A stretch of 64,000 nucleotides of DNA from the human T2T-CHM13v2.0 reference genome, Homo sapiens: NCBI RefSeq assembly GCF_009914755.1, contig NC_060926.1; one strand, written 5' to 3'. Below are positions 53,788 to 64,000 of this stretch, one piece after another (within the stretch, counting starts at the first letter, position 1; every line of letters starts with the position of its first letter). Position numbers and translations under genes: made by a program. The notes beneath the pieces are model-generated. The model was not told where the DNA came from and ran no database searches. It saw nothing but the letters and a program-made list of their open reading frames with translations.

Positions 53788-54022
53788 GCTAGGGTAACAT
53801 GGCAAGTCTCTGTCTCTAAAGAATAAAAATAAAAAGTTATTTGGGTGTGGTGGCGCAAGCCTGTAGTCCCAGCTACTTATAGGAAGCTGAAGCAGGAGGA
53901 TCACTTAAGCCCAGGAATTTGGGGCTGCAATGAGCTATGATTGCACTCCAGCCTGGGCAACAGAGCAAGACCTCTATACTCAGTAAAACGAAAGTAAAAC
54001 AAAATAGAAACAAAATCAAATA
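53788..54022 (+). mobile_element. 5'-truncated AluJ
   Basis: AluJ diagnostics ggaggatcacttaagcccagga and gctgcaatgagctatgat. Confidence 0.8.
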
Positions 54023-54039
54023 AACCTAACTCTGGCCTT

Positions 54040-54500
54040 CCAAGCTTCTACTAGTCTGGCCCTTGTTACCTCTCAGATCTCGAATGGAATGATTCTCCCT
54101 GGCCTCCCCACTCCAGCCGCAGGGGAGCCCACCTCAGGGGTTTGGTCTGACTGTTGCCTTTGCCTGGACCAGTGCCCCTTAGATATGTGTGCAGTCTTCT
54201 TCCTTCTCAATTCTATTTTCTTAAATGCCACTTTCTTACTGAAAGTTACTTTAACTACACTGTTTAACGTGATATATTCACCCTGCCACACCAGTCCCAC
54301 CTGGAACTTCCCATTCCCTCCGTCCCTATTTTTATTTATAGCACTTATCACCTCTTGCTAGACTAGCTTATTTATTGTTTGTCTTCTCTGTTTCACTAGA
54401 AGGTAGTCAGGAATACCCAATATTTTGTCTACTTTGTTTACTCCTCTATTTCCAGGGCTGAGTAAGCTCTAAATTTTATTTTTGAAATGAATTAAAATAA
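54040..54500 (+). mobile_element. L2 3' remnant
   Basis: tatagcacttatcacc...tttattgtttgtcttc...cactagaagg...ttgaaatgaa. Confidence 0.55.
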
Positions 54501-54879
54501 CTAACTAATAAATATATCTTGGTATCTTTCAATATATATTTGACTTTTCACTGTGCATAAAGGGTTTTTTCATAAGAAAAAAATAGTTTTTCTGTACCTT
54601 AAATCTATTACTTTTTCCATTTACAGTGTCTGAGTTTCATGTCCTCCTTAGAAAATTTTTCCAACAATAAAATTTTTCATCATGCTAAAGAAAAAGAACA
54701 GCAGCAGAAAAACAGGTAAAATCTGAATGAAGGCTGATGATTAATTAATGCAACCTACCAGTGTTTGGTAGTTAGTTTTGACATGTACCATAGTAATGTA
54801 GGATGTTAACAGTAGAGGAAACAGAGTAAGAGGTTTATTTGCAACCTTTCTGTAAATCTAAAATTATTCTAAAATAAAA

Positions 54880-55651
54880 TGAGAGACGGGACTAGCTGGA
54901 TTTCCTAGGCCAACTAAGCATCCCTAAGCCTAGCTGGGAAGGTGACCACATCCAACTTTAAACATGGGGCTTGCAACTTAGCTCACACCCAACCAATCAG
55001 AGAGCTCACTAAAGTGCTAATTAGGCAAAAACAGGAGGTAGAGAAATAGCCAATCATCTATCCCCTGAGAGCCCAGCGGGAGGGACAAGGATTGCGATAT
55101 AAACCCAGGCCTTCCAGCAGGCAATGGCAACCCCCTTTGGGTCCCCTCCCTTTATATGGGAGCTCTGTTTTCACCCTATTAAATCTTGCAACTGCACTTT
55201 TCTGGTCCATGTTTGTTACAGCTTGAGCTGAGCTTTCGCTCGCCGTCCACCACTGCTGTTTGCCGTTGTGCCGGACCCGCCACTGACTTCTATCCCTCCG
55301 GATCCGGCAGGGTGTCTGCTGTGCTCCTGATCCAGCGAGGCGCCCATTGCTGCTCCCGATCAGGCTAAAGGCTTGCCATTGTTCCTGCACGGCTAAGTGC
55401 CTGGGTTCGTCCTAATCGAGCTGAACACTAGTTACTGGGTTCCATGGTTCTCTTCTGTGATCCATGGCTTCTAATAGAGGTATAACACTCACCTGGCATG
55501 GCCCAGGATTCCATTCCTTGGGATCCGTGAGGCCAAGAACCCCAGGTCAGAGAACACGAGGCTTGCCACCATCTTGGAAGCGGCCCACCACCATCTTGGA
55601 AGCTGCTAGCCACCATCTTGGAAGTTCTGTGAACAAGGACCCCCGGTAACA
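54880..55651 (+). promoter_or_regulatory. HERV-W 5' LTR (LTR17): CCAAT boxes, TATA (gatataaa ~55096), ATTAAA poly(A) signal ~55178
   Basis: Motifs read directly from the sequence; LTR17 promoter architecture is known from ERVW-1. Confidence 0.85.
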
Positions 55652-55654
55652 TTT

Positions 55655-55672
55655 TGGCGACCACGAAGGGAC
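55655..55672 (+). other. Primer binding site, tRNA-Arg type
   Basis: TGGCGACCACGAAGGGAC, 3 nt after the 5' LTR; complementary to the recalled tRNA-Arg(TCG) 3' end GTCCCTTCGTGGTCGCCA. Confidence 0.8.
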
Positions 55673-56350
55673 CTCCAAAGTGGTGAGTAATATTGACCCT
55701 TTTGCTTGCTATTCTGTCCTATCCTTCCTTACAATTGGAGGAAAATACCGGGCACCTGTCGGTCAGTTAAAAACGATTAGCGTGGCTGCCAGACTTAAGA
55801 CTCACGTGTGAGGCTATCTGGGGAAGGGCTTTCTAACAACTCCCAACCCTTCTGGGTTGGGGATGTTGGTCTCGCTGGAGCCAGCTTCCACTTTTAATTT
55901 TCTTGGGGAAGCCAAGGGCTGACTAGAGGCAGAAAGCTGTCCTCCCGAACTCCTGGCAGTAGCCGGTTGAGATCACGGCGCAGCCAGAAGTCTCTACTCA
56001 ACAGTCGCCCATGTGTGCGCCCCTACCTTTCCTTCTGACCCATACCTCCTGGGTCCCAACCACGACTTTCTTGAAAGTGTAACCCCAAAATTCTCCTTAC
56101 CTCTGAATCTACTCCTCTGATCCCTGCCTCCTAGGTACTAATGGTTCAGACTTTCATTTCCTCTAGCAAGTTGTATCTCCAAAGGGATCTAAGGAAGCTC
56201 TATGCTGTGTCCTTAGGCACCTAGGCTGTAACCCAGGGAGTTTTATCCCTGGAGTCCCTCCTGATTTAGGTACACAGCTCTGGACATGGGCAGTTATGTA
56301 GGACCCATTCCCCACCATCCTTGCCAGGGCCCCAAGTTTGTAATGGCTAA

Positions 56351-56480
56351 GAGAGGGACAGTGAGAGACAGAGAGAGAGAGAGAGAGAGATGAAGAGAGA
56401 TAGAGAGACGGAGAGAGAGGGGGATGGAGAAAGAGATAGAGCGAGTCAAAGAGAAAAAAAAAAGACAAATAGTAGAAAAA
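56351..56480 (+). repeat. (GA)n polypurine tract in the HERV-W leader
   Basis: gagagggacagtgagagacagagagagagagagagagatg...; a typical HERV-W leader feature. Confidence 0.85.
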
Positions 56481-57578
56481 AAGTGTGCCCTATTCCTTTA
56501 AAAGCCAGGGTAAATTTAAAACCTGTAATTGATAATTGAAGGTCTTCTCCATGACCCTATAACACTCCAATGCCACTTTGTTGTGAGTGTAAATAAGGGC
56601 GTAGCCCAAAAGCACTGAGGCCACTGACAACCTATAGCTTTCCTATCAAAAATCCTTAACCCAGTAACCCTTGGATAGGCCAAATGCATTCATTCGGTAG
56701 CGGCAACTGCTTTGCTAAAAGTAGAAAAGTAACTTTTAGAGGAAACCTCGTTGTGAGCACACCTCACCAGTTCAGAATTATTCTAAGTCAAAAAAAAAAA
56801 AAAAAAAAAAAAGCAAAAAGGTAGCTTACTAACTCAAAAAGCTTAAAGTATAGGGCTATTATATTAGAAAAGGGTAATGTAACTCCAACCACTGATAATT
56901 CCCTTAACCCAGCAGATTTCCTAACAGGGGTTTTAAATCTTAATTACCATACAAAGGTCCGACCAGAACTAGGAGGAACTCCCTTCAGGACAGGACGACA
57001 GATGGTTCCTCCCAGGTGATTGAGGAAAAAACCACAATGGGTATTCAGTAATTGATACAGAGACTCATGTGGAAGCAGAATTAGAAAAATTGCCTAATAA
57101 TTGGTCTCCTCAAATGTACGAGCTGTTTGCACTCAGCCAAGCCTTAAAGTACTTACAGAATCAAAAGACTATTTCAATCCTGACTCAAAAGTTTCGCTAC
57201 ACCCTCTCTGAAATGAATTTGCATAAGAACTATTGTTTATGGGAATGCATCTTGATGGGGCAGCTGGGTTGTTATGAAATACTCGGGAACCCAGCCCAGC
57301 TCTAGGACTCACCCCTGAGCTCAAAGGCAATGTTGGGTATGCTGGTAAAGGACCACTAGAATCCAGCAGCCCGAACCCCTTTCTTTGTGGTCAAGAGAGG
57401 CGGGAAAACAGGTGCAGGACTGCTACATCGGTGAGTGTAACTAATCCGATAAACAGAGGTCCATGGGTGGTTATGCACCCTGGAAAAGAATAAGCATTAG
57501 GCCCTTAGAGGACGCTCTAGGACTAATGCTCATCGGAAAATGACTAGGGGTGTTGGCATCCCTATATTATTTTTTCAG

Positions 57579-59028
57579 ATGGGAAACGTTCCCCCCAACA
57601 CCAAGGCAAAAACGCCCCTGAGATGTATTCTGGAGAATTAGGACCAATTTGACCCTCAGACGCTAAGAAAGATACTCTTCTGCAGTACCACCTGGCCACG
57701 ATATCCTCTTCAATGGGGAGAAATCTGGCCTCCTGAGGGAAGTATAAATTATGACCCCATCTTACAGCTAGACCTCTTCTGTAGAAAGGAGGGCAAATGG
57801 AGTGAAGTGCCATATGTACAAACTTTCTTTTCATTAAGAGACAACTCGCAATTATGTAAAAAGTGTGGTTTATGCCCTACAGGAAGCCCTCAAGAGTCTA
57901 CCTCCCTATCCCAGCGTCCCCCCGACTCCTTCTCCAACTAATAAGGACCCCCCTTTTACCCAAATGGTCCATAGGAGATAGACAAAGGGATAAACAATGA
58001 GCCAAACAGTGCCAATATTCCCTGATTATGCCCCCTCCAAGCAGTGGGAGGAGAATTCAGCCCAGCCAGAGTGCATGTACCTTTTTCTCTCTCAGACTTA
58101 AAGCAAGTTAAAATAGACCTAGGTAAATTCTCAGCTAACCCTGATGGCTATATTGATGTTTTACAAGGGTTAGGACAATCCTTTGATCTGACATGGAGAG
58201 ATATAATGTTACTGTTAAATCAGACACTAACCCCAAATGAGAGAAGTGCCGCCACAACTGCAGCCCGAGAGTTTGGCTATCTCTGGTATCTCAGTCAGGT
58301 CAATTATAGGATGACAACAGAGGAAAGAGAACAATTCCCCAAAGGCCAGCAGGCAGTTCCCTGTGTAGACCTTCACTGGGACACAGAATCAGAACATGGA
58401 GATTGGTGCCACAGACATTTGCTAACTTGCATGCTAGGACTAGGGAAAACTAGGAAGAAGCCTGTGAATTATTCAGTGATGTCCACTATAACAAAGGAAA
58501 AGGAAGAAAATCCTACTGCCTTTCTGGAGAGACTAAGGGGGGCATTGAGGAAGCATACCTCTCTGTCACCTGACTATTGAAGGCCAACTAATCTTAAAGG
58601 ATAAGTTTATCACTCAGTCAGCTGCAGACATTAGAAAAAAACTTCAAAAGTCCACCTTAGGCCTGGAGCAAAACTTAGAAACCCTATTGAACTTGGCAAC
58701 CTCGGTTTTTTTATAATAGAGATCAGGAGGAGCAGGCGGATCGGGACAAACGGGATTAAAAAAAAGGCCACCACTTTAGTCATGAACCTCAGGCAAGTGG
58801 ATTTTGGAGGCTCTGGAAAAGGGAAAAGCTGGGAAAATCAAACCTAATAGGACTTGCTTCCAGTGTGGTCTACAAGGACACTTTAAAAAAGATTGTCCAA
58901 GTAGAAATAAGCCGCCCCCTTGTCCATGCCCCTTATGTCAAGGGAATCACTGGAAGGCCCATTGCCCCAGGGGACGAAGATCTTCTGAGTCAGAAGCCAC
59001 TAACCAGATGATCCAGCAGCAGGACTGA
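57579..59028 (+). pseudogene. gag: HERV-W gag remnant
   Basis: ATG GGA (MGNVPP) at 57579 after tttttcag; stop at codon 21; CA fragment 58044-58580 (KEENPTAFLERL, MHR-like); two zinc knuckles CFQCGLQGHFKKDC and CPLCQGNHWKAHC; TGA at 59026. Confidence 0.9.
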
Positions 59029-61610
59029 GGGTGCCCGGGGCAAGCGCCAGCCCATGCTATCACCCTCACAGAGCCCCCGGTTTGCTTGACCATTGAGGGC
59101 CAGGGAGGTTAACTGTCTCCTGGACACTGGCATGGCCTTCTCAGTCTTACTATCCTGTCCTGGACAACTGTCCTCCAGATCTGTCACTATCCGAGGGGTC
59201 CTAGGACAGCCAGTCACTAGATACTTCTCCCAGCCACTAAGTTGTGACTGGGGAACTTTACTCTTTTCACATGCTTTTCTAATTATGCCTGAAAGCCCCA
59301 CTCCCTTGTTAGGGAGAGACATTCTAGCAGAAGTGGGGGCCATTATACATCTGAACATAGGAGAAGGAACACCCGTTTGTTTTCCCCTGCTTGAGGAAGG
59401 AATTAATCCTAAAGTCTAGGCAACAGAAGGACAATATAGATGAGCAAAAAATGCCCGTCCTGTTCAAGTTAAACTAAAGGATTCTGCCTCCTTTCCCTAC
59501 CAAAGGCAGTACCCCCTTAGACCCAAGGCCCAGCAAGGACTCCAAAAGATTGTTAAGGACCTAAAAGCCCAAGGCCTAGTAAAACCATGCAATAGCCCCT
59601 GCAATACTCCAGCTTTAGGAGTACAGAAACCCAACAGACAGTGGAGGTTAGTGCAAGATCTCAGGATTATTAATGAGGCTGTTTTTCCTCTATACCCAGC
59701 TGTATCTAGCCCTTATACTCTGCTTTCCCTAATACCAGAGGAAGCAGAGTAGTTTACAGTCCTGGACCTTAAGGATGCCTTTTTCTGCATCCCTGTACAT
59801 CCTGATTCTCAATTCTTGTTTGTCTTTGAAGATCCTTTGAACCCAATGTCTCAATTCACCTGGACTGTTTTACCCCAGGGGTTCCGGGATAGCCCCCATC
59901 TATTTGGCCAGGCATTAGCCCAAGACTTGAGCCAATTCTCATACCTGGACAGTCTTGTCCTTCGGTATGGGGATGATTTAATTTTAGCCACCCGTTCAGA
60001 AACCTTGTGCCATCAAGCCACCCAAGCGCTCTTAAATTTCCTCACTCCGTGTGGCTACAAGGTTTCCAAACCAAAGGCTCAGCTCTGCTCACAGCAGGTT
60101 AAATACTTAGGGTTAAAATTATCCAAAGGCACCAGGGCCCTCTGTGAGGAATGTATCCAACCTGTACTGGCTTATCTTCATCCCAAAACCCTAAAGCAAC
60201 TAAGAAGGTCCTTGGCATAACAGGTTTCTGCTGAATGTGGATTTCCAGGTACAACGAAATAGCCAGACCATTATATACACTAATTAAAGAAACTCAGAAA
60301 GCCAATACCCATTTAGTAAGATGGATACCTGAAGCAGAAGCAGCTTTCCAGGGCCTAAAGGAGGCCCTAACCCAAGCCCCAGTGTTAAGCTTGCCAACGC
60401 GGCAAGACTTTTCTTTATATGTCACAGAAAAAATAGGAATAGCTCTAGGAGTCCTTACACAGGTCCAAAGGATGAGCTTGCCACCTGAGTAAGGAAATTG
60501 ATGCAGTGGCAAAGGGTTGGCCTCATTGTTTACGGGTAGTGGTGGCAGTAGCAGTCTTAGTATCTGAAGCAGTTAAAATAATACAGGGAAGGGATATTAC
60601 TGTGTGGACGTCTCATGATGTGAATGGCGTACTCACTGCTAAAGGAGACTTGTGGCTGTCAGACAACCATTTACTTAAATATCAGGCTCTATTATTTGAA
60701 GGGCCAGTGCTGCGACTGCGCACTTGTGCAGCTCTTAATCCAGTCACATTTCTTCCAGACAATGAAGAAAAGATAGAACATAACTGCCAACAAGTAATTG
60801 CTCAAACCTGTGCAGCTAGAGGGAACCTTTTAGAGGTTCCCTCGACTGATCCCATCCTCAACTTGTATACTGATGAAAGTTCCTTTGTAAAAAAAAAGCA
60901 CTTCAAAAAGTAAGGTATGCAGTGGTCAGTGATAATAGAATACTTAAAAGTAATCCCCTCACTCCAGGAACTAGTGCTCAGCTGGCAGAACTAATAGCCC
61001 TCAGGCACTAAAATTAGGAGAAGGAAAAAGGGTAAATATATATACAGCCTCTAAGTATGCTTACCTAGTCCACCATGCCCATGCAGCAATATAGAGAGAT
61101 AGGGAATTCCTAACTTCCTAGGGAACACCTATCAAACATCAGGAAGCCATTAGGAGATTATTATTGGCTGCACAGAAACCTAAAGAGGTGACAGTCTTAC
61201 ACTGCCAGGGTCATCAGAAAGGAAAGGAAAATAGAAGAAAACCGCCAAGTGGATATTAAAGTCAAAAGAGCCGCAAGGCAGGAGGCTCCATTAGAAATGC
61301 TTATAGAAGGACCCCTAGTATAGGGTAATCCCCTCCAGGAAACCAAGCCCCAGTACTCAGCAGGAAAAATAGAATAAGGAACCTCACAAGGACATACTTT
61401 CCTCCCCTCCAGATGGCTAGCCACCAAAGAAGGAAAATATTTTTGCCTGCAGCTAACCAATAGAAATTACTTAAAATCCCTTCACCAAACCTTCCACTTA
61501 GGCATTGACAGCACCCATCAGATGGCCGAATTATTATTTACTGGACCAGGCCTTTTCAAAACTATCAAGCAGATAGTCAGGGCCTGTACAGTGTGCCAAA
61601 GAAGTAATCC
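59029..61610 (+). pseudogene. pol: HERV-W pro-pol remnant (PR, RT, RNase H, integrase N-terminus only)
   Basis: Protease LLDTG; RT LDLKDAFF, LPQGFRDSP and YGDD (59966-59977); RNase H LYTDESSF; integrase HHCC ending ACTVCQR, followed by a deletion. Confidence 0.92.
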
Positions 61611-61637
61611 CTTGCACTGCAGGCCATACATTTCAAT

Positions 61638-61871
61638 CCCTATATCTTTAACCTCCTTGTTAAGTTTGTCTCTTCTGGAATCAAAGCTGCAAAACTACAA
61701 ATCATTCTTCAAATGGAGCCCCAGATGCAGTCTATGACTAAGATCTACCGCGGACCCCTGGACCAGCCTGCTAGCCCATGCTCCGATGTCAATGACATCG
61801 AAAGCACCCCTCCCGAGGAAATCTCAATTGCACCACCCCTACTACGCCCCAATTCAGCCAGAAGCAGTTAG
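61638..61871 (+). pseudogene. env: HERV-W env remnant: only the end of the TM domain and the cytoplasmic tail
   Basis: Reads PYIFNLLVKFVSSGIKAAKLQIILQMEPQMQSMTKIYRGPLDQPASPCSDVNDIESTPPEEISIAPPLLRPNSARSS*, similar to the syncytin-1/MSRV Env C-terminus. Confidence 0.9.
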
Positions 61872-61929
61872 AGCAGTCATCGGCCAACCTCCCCAGCAGC
61901 ACTTGGGTTTTCCTGTTGAGACAGGGGAC

Positions 61930-62695
61930 TGAGAGACAGGATTAGCTGGATTTCCTAGGCCGACTAAGAATCCTTAAGCCTAGCTGGGAAGGTGACTGCA
62001 TCCACCTTTAAATATGGGGCTTGTAACTTAGCTCACACCCAACCAATCAGAGAGCTCACTAAAATGCTAATTAGGCAAAAACAGGAGGTAGAGAAATAGC
62101 CAATCTATTGCCTGAGAGCACAGCGGGAGGGACAAGGATCGGGATATAAACCCAGGCATTTGACAACCCCCTTTGGGTCCCCTCCCTTTGTATGGGAGCT
62201 CTGTTTTCACTCTATTTCACTCTATTAAATCTTGCAACTGCACTCTTCTGGTCCATGTTTGTTACAGCTCGAGCTGAGCTTTCGCTAGCCGTCTACCACT
62301 GCTGTTTGCCGCCATGGCAGACCCACTGCTGAGTTCTATCCCTCCGGATCCGTCAGGGTGTCCGCTGTGCTCCTGATCCAGAGAGGCACCCATTGCCACT
62401 CCTGATTGGGCTAAGGCTTGCCATTGTTCCTGCATGGCTAAGTGCCCGGGTTCATTCTAATCCAGCTGAACACTAGTCACTGGGTTCCATGGTTCTCTTC
62501 CGTGACCCATGGCTTCTAATAGAGGTATAACACTTGCTGCGTAGCCCAAGATTCCATTCCTTGGAATCCATGAGGCCAAGAACCCCAGATCAGAGAACAC
62601 GAGGCTTGCCACCATCTTGGAAGCAGCCCACCATCCTCTTGGAAGCGGCTTGCCACCATCTTGGAAGCTCTGTGAACAAGGATCCCCCGGTAACA
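61930..62695 (+). promoter_or_regulatory. HERV-W 3' LTR (LTR17)
   Basis: Direct repeat of the 5' LTR, preceded by the PPT; ATTAAA ~62224. Confidence 0.9.
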
Positions 62696-62725
62696 AAAGG
62701 TTTACTTAAAAATTTATCTTTTCTT

Positions 62726-63278
62726 ATCTAAAATCAGAAATACTATTTGACCCAGCAATCCCATTTCTGGGTATATACCCAAAGAAATATAAATCATTTC
62801 ATTATGAAGACACATGCACTTATATGTTCATTGCAGCAGTATTCACAATAGCAAAGACATGGATTCAACCTACATGCACATCGATTATAGACTTGATAAA
62901 GAAAATGTGGTACATATATACCATAGAATACTATGCAGCCATGAAAAACGAGATCATGTCCATTGCAGGAACATGGATGGAGCTGGAGGCCATTATCCTT
63001 AGCAAACTGATGCAGGATCAGAAAACCAAATACCAAATGTTCTCACTTATGAGTGGGAGCTGAATGATGAGAAGATGTGGACACATGGTGGGGGAACACA
63101 CACTGGCGACTATTGAGGGTGGAAGGGGGGTAGGAGGAAGAGGATCAGGAAAAATAACTAATATGTACAAAGCTTAATACCTGGGTGATGAAATAATCTG
63201 TACAACAAACCCCCATGATACAAGTTTGCCTATATAACAAACGTTCACATGTACCCCTGAACTTAAAAAAAAGTTAAA
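62726..63278 (+). mobile_element. 5'-truncated L1 3' end (L1PA13-15-like)
   Basis: ORF2 C-terminus/3'UTR; TSD aaaaatttatctt(t/g)tctt at 62708-62725 and 63279-63296. Confidence 0.88.
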
Positions 63279-64000
63279 AAAAATTTATCTTGTCTTTAAG
63301 CTTGTTTATGGTTTCTATTTTAGTTTTAGATTTTAAGTCTACATTCGAATCACTTTGTTGTATTATGTGAAGTAGAGAAACTTTTTAAATTCCCCTTATT
63401 GATAATTAATTGTTCTGGTTTTAAGTGCTGCTATATAACATATATTCAGTAGAGAAAGTGCATTCTTTTTATAAAAAATGTTTTAACTCATATATTTATT
63501 TTTCCAGATTAGTTTTATAATCAGGTTATCGAGTTCTATAAAAATTCCCATTGTGATTTTGATTGAGATTATATGTGAGATAAGTAGATAATTTTGTAAA
63601 ATTTCACTTTATTAAATTAGTATACTTAATATACTTAATATGTGCAAAGTTATCAATAATAAAAACATGCAACGTAGAAAAAGCAGGCAAGTTAAACAAT
63701 GAGAAATCAAAAGACTAGTGTCATACACAATTTAGAAAGGAATTTCAAGCTAAAGAATCATCAATAAAATACAAATTAAAGTAAAAAGAATCGGCACTAT
63801 TTTGTTTTTTACAAGCAGCCAACATTAAAATTTTTTTTACAAGCAAGCCAACATTTCTACTTCTAGCAAGTAGTAAAATAGGTTCTTATATATTATTGGC
63901 AAGAAAGAAATTGGCAGAATCTTTTTGGAAAACAAATTGTAATTTATTTCAAATTCTTCACGTTTTGGATATTCATTTATCAAGTATGTCCACTTTAAAA

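Larger units (their letters stand above)
54880..62695 (+). mobile_element. HERV-W (HERV17/LTR17) provirus with two complete LTRs; defective
   Basis: LTRs tgagagac.gga.tagctggatttcctagg...cccccggtaaca at 54880-55651 and 61930-62695; PBS; ~1.9-kb AG-rich leader; gag, pro, pol and env-tail remnants; PPT gttgagacaggggac; flanks aaaa/aaag. Confidence 0.96.

Noticed and set aside
55562-55625. Triple ccaccatcttggaag (YY1-like) repeat in U5
   Set aside because: Present in both LTRs and, as recalled, a normal LTR17 feature
61638-61871. Syncytin-1 (ERVW-1) gene
   Set aside because: Only the C-terminal tail is present; SU and most of TM are deleted and the syncytin-specific 12-nt deletion is absent
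63805-63855. Short tandem duplication ttttttacaagca(a)gccaacatt (similarly 8269-8307)
   Set aside because: Ordinary slippage microduplication with no sign of function

Overview
Catarrhine primate (human-like) AT-rich, CpG-poor intergenic or intronic DNA made up almost entirely of transposable elements. I found no credible host protein-coding exon, RNA gene or CpG island. The main contents are: a two-LTR HERV-W (LTR17/HERV17) provirus at 54880-62695, with defective gag-pro-pol, an integrase/env deletion, a tRNA-Arg-type primer binding site and many TGG>TAG/TAA stops suggesting APOBEC3G editing; an old full-length L1 (L1PA15/16-like, 4490-11685) with a six-unit ~140-bp repeat in its 5'UTR and a ~500-bp AT-rich expansion in ORF1; a near-full-length L1PA7-like element (17122-23381); two THE1 MaLR elements with internal regions; several solo or nested MaLR LTRs; an ancient ERVL integrase relic; and Alus, MIR, L2 and DNA-transposon fossils. 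Subfamily names come from recalled consensus features and need RepeatMasker/Dfam confirmation. I see no convincing previously undescribed biological system; the findings are mainly evolutionary oddities of these elements plus weak non-coding exon candidates.
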